Position numbers and translations under genes: made by a program. Shown in pieces: positions 1 through 12,625 of a stretch of 64,000 nt of DNA (the stretch's first letter is position 1; each line of letters begins with the position of its first letter). Below the pieces are notes generated by a model. The model was not told the origin of the DNA. It saw only the letters and a list, made by a program, of their open reading frames with translations, and did not search any database. The stretch lies in contig CM119371.1 in the NCBI GenBank assembly GCA_051294905.1, forward strand, positions 40,550,001 through 40,614,000, given 5' to 3'. This stretch comes from Botryllus schlosseri (taxonomy: Eukaryota).

Positions 1-268
1 AATTGTGATATGTTTGTTAGATGCATCCAATTCAACTAGAAGTGTCTAGTATCCAACACTCGTAATATCAAAAAAGTACTTGCTACGTTGTAATTCACTT
101 AACGTGTTTTGTATTGTTGTTCATTTGTAGTATTGATTGTTTTTGAACCCCCAAATAATAATTCCCGACATGAAACTAAGCCGCCGAAAGTCGTTACCAT
201 CACAAAGAAACAATTTGCACGATGTTTACTAAATGTATCCTATAGTTAGGTGTACTGGAATTATTTGT

Positions 269-271
<3 letters not shown>

Positions 272-313
<42 letters not shown>
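272..313 (+). repeat. (AC)21 microsatellite, left arm
   Basis: Read directly. Confidence 0.97.
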
Positions 314-315
<2 letters not shown>

Positions 316-2044
316 TCAGAGAAATTGGAAATTTTTCCGTTGTCATTCGCTAAAGTAAATGTCATCACAATACTCTGTCACTAAAAGACGTTACTTGGAC
401 GTGCTTGAATTCTAGACATAGTTCTGATTTACCCAACACAAGACCCAAGGACAACCCTAGTTTCAGCCGAACACAGATATCCAAAATATCACACACTTCG
501 CTATTCCTAAAGCACAAACACACGATACAAAATAATACTTGTTGTGTTGTTGCGGCATCATCACTCAACAATATCACCCTCAATACAAATGATGTTTATG
601 TGTAACATGCTATTGATTTGAACCACACCCACCTGACGGAAGAGGATTTACTCAATCTTTACAAAATGGATATTGACCAACATCACATCACCGGATTGTA
701 TCTGTTTCGCTGGATACGAGTTATGTTAGTTTAACAGTAAACAAATTTCACCCTCTTGGATTATGAACTCAATGCGTTAGCAGTCATTCAATATTTTGTT
801 TGTGTCAACTAGTTACTTGGTATGTTACTCCACAACTCTTACAAAAGTACGAAGGATATTAACATCGCACTAAGTAATTTACTTTACTCGATATTCTCGC
901 ATTACGAAACTAAAGAATGGTTGGTTAGACTCTACAAACTGTTTCGATATCACATGACCTTTATTGTCTGAATGGGTGTTCATGTGTCTTAAGAACCAAA
1001 TAGTTCAACACAACACTAGTACCAACAGAAACATCAGAGTTGTTTACACAAAAGTTTGTATGCGTGCAGTATGCGAATACCATGTGTAAGTCCAACACAA
1101 TTGTGGTATCCATCCGGTTTAGTTAACACAATTTATGACACCGAGGTCACCTCATCTTTCGTAAGACAACAAACCAACCAAGGTTTCAGGATATGTCCGT
1201 GTCATAGCAATAAATCAGCTACTCCAACAACAGAGTACATATGTTTTCTAGTTACGGTGCTTACATCTTACACACAAATCAATCTACTTTGCTAAAAAAA
1301 GTGCTGAGTCATCAAGTGATTGCCCTAACAACAAAACAGCTAAACGTACTATCATACAAAATGGCCGTTATAGTCACCAACGGTACATGGTACAAGTAAC
1401 AAGTCTCGAGAATCCAGTTATTGAAAAAACATGAAAGTGTTTCTCCTGCACCAAGTCGTTATGTTGACGAAAGCGTATATTGTAATATCATGATCGATTT
1501 GCATTCGTTGGTCACAAAATGTCACTACTCTAAATAATTATTTTTCACTCAAACACAAACGCATACTTGTCGCTAATCGTTTTCATCAAGCACGTGTTCA
1601 AGAAACCTGCTACGACATGAATTGTTATTTTTTTGTTGTTGTGTAAATAGGTAATAATTAATTTTAGTAACACTATATCAACATCATCTAGTTGCGCGAA
1701 TAGATTTACACGTGGTCTTGTGGTTTTAATCGAAGTACACAGCGCGGTCTAACGCGGAGTCATCTCTATTGTACAGCAACTCGGAAATCGAAATGCATGC
1801 ATTAACATTTAAACAGCGGTCGTGTTTCGTCACGCGAAAAATATCTTCACCACCGCGATACTCTGCACAGGGCGTGCAAATCCTTTTCACACTCGTAATA
1901 GTATACCAACGGCTACCGGTGACAACGTTTAACAATACCAACGACACTAAACATACGATACCTACCCAAGTAAAATTTCCATTTTCACCTGGAGGTCGGT
2001 CGTAACCCGAGTAGAAATACCATTATCCTTTGGAGATTTATCGT

Positions 2045-2560
2045 TTACCCAGTGTAACAAACCCCTTTTCCTTTGGTAATCTATTTTTGCCCTGGATAAC
2101 AAACCTTTTTCACTTGGAAATATATTTTTTCTCTTGGTAACAAACCTTTTTCCCTGAGCAACAAACCATTTTCACTTGCAAATATATTTTTTCCTGGGTA
2201 ACAAACCTTTTTCACTTGGAAATATATTTTTTTCCCTGGGTAACAAACCTTTTTCACTTGGAAATATATTTTTTCCCCGGGTAACAAACCTTTTTCCCTG
2301 AGCAACAAACCATTTTCACTTGCAAATATATTTTTTCCTGGGTAACAAACCTTTTTCACTTGGAAATATATTTTTTTCCCTGGGTAACAAACCTTTTTCG
2401 CTTGGAAATATATTTTTTCCTTGAGCAACAAACCATTTTCACTTGGCGGGTCGTCGTTTACCTGAGTAAAAATATCATTTTCCTTTGGAGATCTGGCGTT
2501 TACCCAGTGTAACAATACATTTTCTCTTGGCCATCTAGCTTTTCCTAGAGTAACAAAACC
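2045..2560. repeat. ~21-bp minisatellite with ~42-bp and ~144-bp higher-order units (left arm)
   Basis: Alternating monomers such as CCCTGGGTAACAAACCTTTTT, CACTTGGAAATATATTTTTTT and CCCTGAGCAACAAACCATTTT. The core is about 2085-2445 with degenerate flanks. Confidence 0.92.
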
Positions 2561-4979
2561 ATTTTCATTTTGAAATCTGACAAACACACCTGACAATTTG
2601 GTATTTGTTGTATTGACGATAGTTTGAAATAGATTACAACGAACAGTGACGGAAATATACACGGACTACCGGTTTCAGAGTATACCCCCTTCAGTCGTAT
2701 CACATCAATATCATCGGTTACCCACATACAATATCCTCTTGTACACCGAAATGCATGTTTTGGAAAATTGGACAATAGACTTCGATAGTTCTGTGATGTC
2801 CGGGTTCGTGCTTTGGATTTTCCAGAGTCAAAATGTCTGAATAAAACACCTCCTCGACGATGGTTGGTATGTGGATAACGGGGTTCGGAAGACGGTTGGA
2901 TTTATGTCACCCATCGCGATAACAATTCCAGGTCGAGTTTTCCCCCGCATGTTTACTATATTGTGTCTTTATTGGTCAATGTATGTCTCGACATTCAGTT
3001 TGAAATCGGAAACCCTGATAAAGTATGTAACCGGATCCGGATATCAACTCTGAATCGATAAACCAATGAACAATATTCAAAGTAAACATGTTACATTCCA
3101 CGAAAAAATACCATCCAGACATACGTCGCGCTTGTTTGCCCACATCAGTATACGCGTAAATGGAGGTGTGTGACATTGCATGCAATGTGTTGGTATACAA
3201 ACATCGATCCACAGACATTATCATAGCCGGTAGTTTTGATGTAGATCGAATGTCATCACACCCGATAACAATGTCATACCAATAAGCCACATTGCAATGA
3301 CTCTGAGTCCGCGCTATTACATCGATATTTCGGTGCCGTTCACTGATTTACTCGATGGTGTTATCGTGTTGTAACATTACAAGACAGTTATGGCCCTATC
3401 TCCGGACAGACCACCCAGACCAATTGGATACATCGGTCAATATCCGTCGTGTTGTCGACACCGAAGTTTTCTGCTGAGACTGCAGCGTTTGACCAAGGTG
3501 AACTATCGAATCACGGGTGCTCGAAATGATAGCGATCAGTCTTTCACTAAATCACGATACATGGATGTCACTACTCCCACATAACGACTCCAGATAAATA
3601 TCGTGTACAGTGATTCTGCAAATCTCGGACTGATACTGTGATCCAATAAGGTGTGTTTCTGTGGAATGAAGACTGCAATCGTACACCACAATAGAACACT
3701 ACCTCGCGATTTCACACGCAATCATAAAACACATCATCGTAAGGGTCCAGTTCGTCCGGTGACATTTCGAAACGGTCGTCGCCACAAGAGATCGGTATCA
3801 TTTTGAAACGACATCGTCCCAAGTCTATTGACGTCGATTCTGTTGGTCATGTCAATCCGTTTCACAATCCTCCATTTTTCAACTCCCCGCACCATAGTGT
3901 TACGACACAGACAAGAAGCGTCGGTGGAAATAATAAAACACGGAAAGCACACTTTGGTGTTATTTGACATGGATTTTACATCCAACGAACCTTACATTCG
4001 AGCGATGCATTGGAATGACGCTTGTATTATTGACGTAGAAGGAACAGAAATGTATCGGTTTATTGGTTTCGTACATATCCAACTAAAACCAGGGTATGTG
4101 ATTGTGCGTGGTTCGCATATTCGACTGTGAACGCTCTATTGATATATACAGTATAGTTCACTTTCGCCGTCGTGCGAATAACCCATGTTACGGTTCCGTG
4201 TTTGTGTGTCTGTATGTCATGCTTCAGATTGACTCAGAGTCATTGCAATGTGGCTTATTGGTATGACATTGTTATCGGGTGTGATGACATTCGATCTACA
4301 TCAAAACTACCGGCTATGATAATGTCTGTGGATCGATGTTTGTATACCAACACATTGCATGCAATGTCACACACCTCCATTTACGCGTATACTGATGTGG
4401 GCAAACAAGCGCGACGTATGTCTGGATGGTATTTTTTCGTGGAATGTAACATGTTTACTTTGAATATTGTTCATTGGTTTATCGATTCAGAGTTGATATC
4501 CGGATCCGGTTACATACTTTATCAGGGTTTCCGATTTCAAACTGAATGTCGAGACATACATTGACCAATAAAGACACAATATAGTAAACATGCGGGGGAA
4601 AACTCGACCTGGAATTGTTATCGCGATGGGTGACATAAATCCAACCGTCTTCCGAACCCCGTTATCCACATACCAACCATCGTCGAGGAGGTGTTTTATT
4701 CAGACATTTTGACTCTGGAAAATCCAAAGCACGAACCCGGACATCACAGAACTATCGAAGTCTATTGTCCAATTTTCCAAAACATGCATTTCGGTGTACA
4801 AGAGGATATTGTATGTGGGTAACCGATGATATTGATGTGATACGACTGAAGGGGGTATACTCTGAAACCGGTAGTCCGTGTATATTTCCGTCACTGTTCG
4901 TTGTAATCTATTTCAAACTATCGTCAATACAACAAATACCAAATTGTCAGGTGTGTTTGTCAGATTTCAAAATGAAAAT

Positions 4980-5495
4980 GGTTTTGTTACTCTAGGAAAA
5001 GCTAGATGGCCAAGAGAAAATGTATTGTTACACTGGGTAAACGCCAGATCTCCAAAGGAAAATGATATTTTTACTCAGGTAAACGACGACCCGCCAAGTG
5101 AAAATGGTTTGTTGCTCAAGGAAAAAATATATTTCCAAGCGAAAAAGGTTTGTTACCCAGGGAAAAAAATATATTTCCAAGTGAAAAAGGTTTGTTACCC
5201 AGGAAAAAATATATTTGCAAGTGAAAATGGTTTGTTGCTCAGGGAAAAAGGTTTGTTACCCGGGGAAAAAATATATTTCCAAGTGAAAAAGGTTTGTTAC
5301 CCAGGGAAAAAAATATATTTCCAAGTGAAAAAGGTTTGTTACCCAGGAAAAAATATATTTGCAAGTGAAAATGGTTTGTTGCTCAGGGAAAAAGGTTTGT
5401 TACCAAGAGAAAAAATATATTTCCAAGTGAAAAAGGTTTGTTATCCAGGGCAAAAATAGATTACCAAAGGAAAAGGGGTTTGTTACACTGGGTAA
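4980..5495. repeat. ~21-bp minisatellite, right-arm mirror
   Basis: Reverse complement of 2045-2560. Confidence 0.92.
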
Positions 5496-7224
5496 ACGAT
5501 AAATCTCCAAAGGATAATGGTATTTCTACTCGGGTTACGACCGACCTCCAGGTGAAAATGGAAATTTTACTTGGGTAGGTATCGTATGTTTAGTGTCGTT
5601 GGTATTGTTAAACGTTGTCACCGGTAGCCGTTGGTATACTATTACGAGTGTGAAAAGGATTTGCACGCCCTGTGCAGAGTATCGCGGTGGTGAACATATT
5701 TTTCGCGTGACGAAACACGACCGCTGTTTAAATGTTAATGCATGCATTTCGATTTCCGAGTTGCTGTACAATAGAGATGACTCCGCGTTAGACCGCGCTG
5801 TGTACTTCGATTAAAACCACAAGACCACGTGTAAATCTATTCGCGCAACTAGATGATGTTGATATAGTGTTACTAAAATTAATTATTACCTATTTACACA
5901 ACAACAAAAAAATAACAATTCATGTCGTAGCAGGTTTCTTGAACACGTGCTTGATGAAAACGATTAGCGACAAGTATGCGTTTGTGTTTGAGTGAAAAAT
6001 AATTATTTAGAGTAGTGACATTTTGTGACCAACGAATGCAAATCGATCATGATATTACAATATACGCTTTCGTCAACATAACGACTTGGTGCAGGAGAAA
6101 CACTTTCATGTTTTTTCAATAACTGGATTCTCGAGACTTGTTACTTGTACCATGTACCGTTGGTGACTATAACGGCCATTTTGTATGATAGTACGTTTAG
6201 CTGTTTTGTTGTTAGGGCAATCACTTGATGACTCAGCACTTTTTTTAGCAAAGTAGATTGATTTGTGTGTAAGATGTAAGCACCGTAACTAGAAAACATA
6301 TGTACTCTGTTGTTGGAGTAGCTGATTTATTGCTATGACACGGACATATCCTGAAACCTTGGTTGGTTTGTTGTCTTACGAAAGATGAGGTGACCTCGGT
6401 GTCATAAATTGTGTTAACTAAACCGGATGGATACCACAATTGTGCTGGACTTACACATGGTATTCGCATACTGCACGCATACAAACTTTTGTGTAAACAA
6501 CTCTGATGTTTCTGTTGGTACTAGTGTTGTGTTGAACTATTTGGTTCTTAAGACACATGAACACCCATTCAGACAATAAAGGTCATGTGATATCGAAACA
6601 GTTTGTAGAGTCTAACCAACCATTCTTTAGTTTCGTAATGCGAGAATATCGAGTAAAGTTAATTACTTAGTGCGATGTTAATATCCTTCGTACTTTTGTA
6701 AGAGTTGTGGAGTAACATACCAAGTAACTAGTTGACACAAACAAAATATTGAATGACTGCTAACGCATTGAGTTCATAATCCAAGAGGGTGAAATTTGTT
6801 TACTGTTAAACTAACATAACTCGTATCCAGCGAAACAGATACAATCCGGTGATGTGATGTTGGTCAATATCCATTTTGTAAAGATTGAGTAAATCCTCTT
6901 CCGTCAGGTGGGTGTGGTTCAAATCAATAGCATGTTACACATAAACATCATTTGTATTGAGGGTGATATTGTTGAGTGATGATGCCGCAACAACACAACA
7001 AGTATTATTTTGTATCGTGTGTTTGTGCTTTAGGAATAGCGAAGTGTGTGATATTTTGGATATCTGTGTTCGGCTGAAACTAGGGTTGTCCTTGGGTCTT
7101 GTGTTGGGTAAATCAGAACTATGTCTAGAATTCAAGCACGTCCAAGTAACGTCTTTTAGTGACAGAGTATTGTGATGACATTTACTTTAGCGAATGACAA
7201 CGGAAAAATTTCCAATTTCTCTGA

Positions 7225-7226
<2 letters not shown>

Positions 7227-7278
<52 letters not shown>
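7227..7278 (+). repeat. (GT)26 microsatellite, right-arm mirror of 272-313
   Basis: Read directly; 5 units longer than its mirror. Confidence 0.97.
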
Positions 7279-7281
<3 letters not shown>

Positions 7282-9159
7282 ACAAATAATTCCAGTACAC
7301 CTAACTATAGGATACATTTAGTAAACATCGTGCAAATTGTTTCTTTGTGATGGTAACGACTTTCGGCGGCTTAGTTTCATGTCGGGAATTATTATTTGGG
7401 GGTTCAAAAACAATCAATACTACAAATGAACAACAATACAAAACACGTTAAGTGAATTACAACGTAGTAAGTACTTTTTTGATATTACGAGTGTTGGATA
7501 CTAGACACTTCTAGTTGAATTGGATGCATCTAACAATCATATCACAATTTACTTTTACAATAATCAAAGTCTTAGAGTGTATAACCTCGCGATATTTTAC
7601 ATTTAGCACGCACAATGGGGAGTTACTGAAATGATTAAGAATTGATCGCTAGCTTCGAACGGTACTCGATACTCAAAGTGATATTTTCACACTCTGTAAA
7701 GTGCATATGTTTCAATTCTCTGTCGCAAATTCCGACAGTAACGACATTGATGTTAAATCCTCACCCGTGGTTATTGTAAGTGAATCCTAAACATCGCAAC
7801 AGTCGGTATGGAAATCGAACGCGTGCGTACTTTTAGATAGGTGACACTAACAAGTTTATTACACCGTGAAATACTCTGAAACGTCGATTCGTGATTGTGT
7901 TAGCTATATTCATCTTCCATATCTGTGGACACAAAGATATCTTGACTTTGGTTACAACTCACTCGAAACGAATTGTTGCGGGTAATCTAGAAAAGCACAA
8001 GTCGAAGACGAATGATTTGATTTCAATAAACTAAAAAATTCCTTTTGTTTTGATGTTGGATTTAATGCAATTTGTATGACTATACCGAATTCGAATCCGA
8101 AAGTGCAATGTTACTTTAGTAGAAAAATTGGATGACTCGCATTTTGATATTGATAGATGTGTAGAGTAATATTACTAGTTTATAAAATCTCGGTAATGTT
8201 TTTTCGTCATGTCTGTGATCAACAAATATGTGATCAAGTCTTACCATTCGATATTAACTTTCGCAGTCGGTGTAATTTGTTGAAGTAACAATACCGACGA
8301 GTTCAATAATATTCCCCATCGATGCATTCGAATAATCCGTCAGCTGCAAGCGGATTTAAAACTTGATGGTGTTTCGCGGTTAACTCAAGTCAGTGGTCGT
8401 GTTTGTGTTGATTTCAGGAATGATCATGACGAGTTGCCTGGGTAGATTAGTTAATGTGGTTGTAACTACGACCGTACAGAGTTGCTGACACCCCAATATC
8501 TTTTACGCTGTAATATACGGATTTATTTGTGATAAATTAATTCTCAGTTATTGTTCAGACATTCAAATCTCGTATACTCAAAATATAATATGTCCAAGTC
8601 AAATCGTATATGCACCGATTAGTAAATACTTTGTCTTCAGAATAGTAACAACCTTTACAATTGAATAAAAAGATAGAGCATACGAATACAACCAGGATGA
8701 ATTAATTCAAATTTGTGAGTTGTAATGATATATTCAAGTAAGGGAAACTAGATTTTTAACAATTGTTAATGTTGTGAATAATTCTTTTGAGTTTGAAATG
8801 TGGCTGGATCAAAGTTGGTAGTCATGTTTGTCAAACCTATTTCACTTCACGCAATGTCAAAGTCCAAATATTTCATTCTGGATTATTTGGATTTACCTTT
8901 AGTACATCCCGCGAATGGATTTAAAGTTGGCAAATTACCAAAATGATTGAATAATATCGGGTCAGAGATAGTTGGTATTGATTCTATAAGTGTTAAAACA
9001 GCGGCGTGGAATGTGTGAATGATCCGATGAGGGTGAATGTTGGTGTCAGTAATATTCAGGTTACGTTCGATTCAACAGATCGCGTTAATAGGATTTGAGT
9101 TGGGTCGAATCAATACATTCAAATACGATTCAACTTGATTTGTGTAGTGAGTTACACTG

Positions 9160-9795
9160 ATGACTCCCACTTTATCAAACGATATGACATCGAACAGCGT
9201 CAACACTATGCAAGTCGGAGCAACTTCAAATTTTCACGTCGGCGTCAAATTCGTCTCATCACCCAAAAGAGGTGGCGTTAGCCAATATCTCAAAGGTATA
9301 TTCATCGATGGCAATAACGAAGAGATATCTTTCACGTGTTTCAATCGTGATTTGTTCGGGAACATTGAGAAAGCATTCACCAAACGAAAAAAACTCATGG
9401 TCAAATCCGGTTGGGTTCAAATTGATAAATTTACTGGAAAACCCACTGTATTACTTGTTCGGGCTTCGTCAGTAACTCTACATGGAAAATCGAGACATAC
9501 GACTGAAGAATACCCATTATTGACCTGTGAATCGGTATACGGAAATAAAGATGAATACGTCTCGATCGCCGCTACTTGTGTTTCTCGAGAGGAGAAGATG
9601 GTTAATTCTGGTGCCGGAAAGGAGTTGAAATTATACAGTTTTACATTGAAGGATGATACTGGCGAGGTGGTTTTGGATCAATGGAACAAAGCCTCGCTCG
9701 TACCCGGGAAGAAATATCAACTCACTCGTGTTAAAAACTGTGTCGGCAGCTTGAAAATCGATCCGTTAACTAGACTTGTTGAATTGAAAGAATAG
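9160..9795 (+). CDS. Tandem OB-fold, RPA/SSB-like single-stranded DNA-binding protein (211 aa)
   Basis: Intact intronless ORF. The C-terminal half (VSIAATCVSREEKMV...LYSFTLKDDTGEVVLDQWN...LVPGKKYQLTRVK) fits the RPA70/archaeal SSB OB pattern (DxTG-x-V-x-L-x-x-W). The N-terminal half (YLKGIFIDGNNEEISFTCFN) fits a second OB fold. Judged by eye. Confidence 0.75.
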   Translation: MTPTLSNDMTSNSVNTMQVGATSNFHVGVKFVSSPKRGGVSQYLKGIFIDGNNEEISFTCFNRDLFGNIEKAFTKRKKLMVKSGWVQIDKFTGKPTVLLVRASSVTLHGKSRHTTEEYPLLTCESVYGNKDEYVSIAATCVSREEKMVNSGAGKELKLYSFTLKDDTGEVVLDQWNKASLVPGKKYQLTRVKNCVGSLKIDPLTRLVELKE

Positions 9796-10383
9796 TTTGC
9801 ATATTTGTATACCACAATACAATATTTCGCGTAATATGTATGACCTATGTGATTCGACAACTGGATTAGCGCGGTGTTGTTCTACTGGTCGAGGTGTGAA
9901 AATTGTGCTATCGCGATGAAGTTGCGACTGTGAACAGCAGACTATTCTGTAGGCGCGAAACAGCGAATAAGCCGAAAGTATTATTTAGGTAGCAATCAAT
10001 AGCGAGGAAAGAGAGAACACGATCGGTCATTTGACACGACTAAACTACGACATCATATATCATAATTTACGATCAAACTATTTCGCACTGACTGGTCTAG
10101 TGTAATATTCGATAGTAGCGGCTGGACGAGAAATAATTCAGTGCGCAGGTCATTCGGAATATAGGTCGCACGCACACTGCGTAATCCTCAGAACCGATCG
10201 CGTTTCCGTTTGCGCGGTTATTGTTGGTGACTATTCAACACCGCGCGAGAGATGTCTGAAAGTGTGACAGGCGAATCGCCGCCACCGCCTATAGCAAAAA
10301 AGGCGAGTCACGACCACGAGTTTTCACGATATACACATTAACAAAGATTCATTCACATGACTATTTACTTGATACATATTCAA

Positions 10384-10595
10384 CACCGGTCGAGAGATGC
10401 ATATACCGAAAAGGGTCACCGGTTCAAGACGAGTTTCGAGGCACCGGTCGAGTGATCGCTATACCGAAAAGGGTCACCGGTTCAAGACGAGTTTTCGCGG
10501 CACCGGTCGAGAGATCCCTATACTCATAAGGCACCGGTCGGGTGGAAGGGGGGTCTGAAAGGGTCACCGGTTCAGGACGAGTTTTCGCGGCACCT
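10384..10595. repeat. Subterminal ~58-bp direct repeats of element A with 7 CACCGGT motifs
   Basis: Unit CACCGGTCGAGAGAT..TATACCGAAAAGGGTCACCGGTTCAAGACGAGTTT(T)CG starts at 10384, 10442 and 10501, followed by a partial copy. Confidence 0.9.
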
Positions 10596-10650
10596 CACCA
10601 CCCCGCCCATAAGAGACAATGGCACACCACGACCGATCTATATAACTACT

Positions 10651-11208
10651 AATGGTCATTTACATCAGGCCGATATTTCCTATTTTTGATTCCGTAACCG
10701 TCGACTTGTAGCACGGCACACTTCTAGGCTTCTGTAAGACACCGCTTATACTAGAGGTCGCCAACTCAAAACGGGTCGGGGGCCACTTTCAAATTTCGTG
10801 GAGGCCGCGGGCCGCATGATTTCAATTTCGAGATAAAATAGGCCACATAGTTATCTCGTCCCCTACTAAACCCGAATGAATTGATATCTTGGTAAATTTT
10901 TTGTACCAGGCTTATCGAACGCCTTGAAATTTTAATTATGAATTGCACCGTGTGTTGATTAATCAGAGAGAAGCATACATGGTGATGCCTGTATGACGAT
11001 GTTGTTCTCAAATCCACATTGTCCTTGTAATTATTGACAAAAATGGCTTTAAATTTGCATTGCTGTCGTTAAAATACATTCATTAAATACGATTTATTCC
11101 TTGTATATGAGGATAAATGGGCGAATAAGGTATCGATTCAGCAATCCGGCCCGCCAACTTCTTAATTTTCCTATATCCGGCCCGACGACTGGAGAAGTAT
11201 CGCCCCTG
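10651..11208 (+). mobile_element. 3' part of a hAT MITE interrupted by element A
   Basis: Colinear with 13561-13796 plus 14590-14929; ends GGAGAAGTATCGCCCCTG. Confidence 0.85.
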
Positions 11209-12047
11209 CACTAAACAGTAGGCTACAACAAACCTCGCGGATAAGTAGTGACAAAAACGTTTGGCCCCCGACGAAGTGCTGTTTCGATCCTATATATAAA
11301 CAAACTGTCCACAGAATATTACTCAGTAGGGTTGCACAAGTCTATAAAATATAAAAATTTTAACTATAATCTCAAAAATCTGCATCAACAGAAGCGCAGC
11401 AGTTCCGCTTCACTGAATCATAATCTATCTTTTGAAGATAGCTCTTCTTATACAGGAGTTTGGCAACTTGCGAACGTTCAAAACTGCAAATCGGTGTTCA
11501 TTTTTGCATCATTGCAGCGAAAACCGATTGTGCCATTAGTTTGTCATTCAATCACATCGTTTGGTTCTTGCGTTACGGCTCTTTTATCAAACCCATATAC
11601 AGTCAACACTTGATGATACACTATATAATTAGTGGATGGCTACTCCTACATATTTACCATCTTGATGATTTGCTGTTGATGTTGAGAACCAATTGAATAT
11701 CTTGCTAATATTCCGCCGGATATATTCCCACCAACCTTCATTTTCCATTTTCCTCTCATCTGTCACAAAATGATACGCCACTCAATTAGAAACATGACAT
11801 CTCACCCGAAAAATATCAATCACAGTTGAAATTATGATCTCAAATGGAGTAAATGGAGGGATCGTCAACTGTGGGAAGTAGGCTACCGAAATCTAAATTT
11901 CGATCGCGGACCGATCAAGTTTGGCTTAGCCTTGTGTAGCTAGTTTTAGTTTTTGCAAGTAGTGTTTCAAGTTCAGAAACCAATTATAATTGATTACACT
12001 GGACATCAAAATGTCACTCAATTTTGTGAACGAGAACGCGAGTATTT

Positions 12048-12625
12048 GAGAGAGAGAGAGAGAGAGAGAGAATCTTAATTCGTATACATTACATATCAAC
12101 ATAACACTACAAAAATGTAACAGTGAAATGAGACATGCAAGGTAGACGGGAGGCTCGATATGACATAGTCTTCAGAGCCGAGCCACCCGGGACGGGAGCA
12201 ATTTTCACAGTCGATAACTAATGAAAATAAAAATAAACTAAACTAACGAACGAAAGGAAAAATAAGACACAGTATCATGGACCAATTTGAAATGCAACGC
12301 AAATACAATTTACCGGTGGTTAGAGATAAGAGAATGAAAACATTGTTTTTTAAAAGCTCAAGAGTATAAATTGCGGAGATTAGGCGGCAGCTTATTCCAA
12401 ACATTGACACCAATAAAACTGATTGAATTTTGTACTAGACTGGTAGAGTGGTGTTGCACAGACAGAGACAAGTTAGAAGAAAATCTGGTATGATGTTGGT
12501 GGGTATCTGAAGGTATCTTGAACAGATTATCAAAATGTAGTGGCAGTTCACCCTGATGATAGCTATGCATGAATTTCATTACCTCGAATTTGAAAATATC
12601 TTTTTCAAGAGTTAACGGCACACTA
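12048..12625 (-). mobile_element. 5'-truncated LINE (CR1/L2 group, Crack/Daphne-like): end of ORF2, 3'UTR and (TC)12 tail
   Basis: The peptide HQHHTRFSS...SISFIGVNVWNKLPPNLR (12358-12621) is typical of the post-RT C-terminus in this group. A microsatellite tail lies at 12048-12071. Confidence 0.8.

Larger units (their letters stand above)
1..7549. repeat. Long inverted repeat: arms 1-3309 and 4231-7549, unique spacer 3310-4230
   Basis: Mirror ORF pairs sum to 7540 (e.g. 2081..2662 and 4878..5459). Base 1 pairs with 7549 and pairing stops at 3309/4231. I saw at least 5 substitutions plus an (AC)21 versus (GT)26 length difference. Confidence 0.98.
1..10650. mobile_element. Element A: giant fold-back element with a Polinton/Maverick-type right terminus (left end outside window)
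   Basis: Ends ...GATCTATATAACTACT at 10650 (reverse complement AGTAGTTATA). Position 10651 resumes mid-way through a hAT MITE whose uninterrupted copy lies at 13252-14929 (10651 corresponds to 13561). It also has subterminal repeats, long inverted arms and an OB-fold ORF. Confidence 0.75.

Noticed and set aside
4878..5459. 193-aa ORF with KIYFQVKKVCYPGK repeats (mirror 2081-2662)
   Set aside because: It is a translation of the 21-bp minisatellite, and the same DNA monomers are read in different frames within it, so there is no evidence for a protein.
10384..10595. CRISPR-like appearance of spaced repeats (also 2045-2560)
   Set aside because: The intervening sequences are themselves repeated, there are no cas genes, and the context is eukaryotic.
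1..10650. Helitron assignment for A because of the RPA-like gene
   Set aside because: No Rep/helicase and no CTRR 3' end with hairpin; the ACTACT terminus matches element B, which has a 6-bp TSD.
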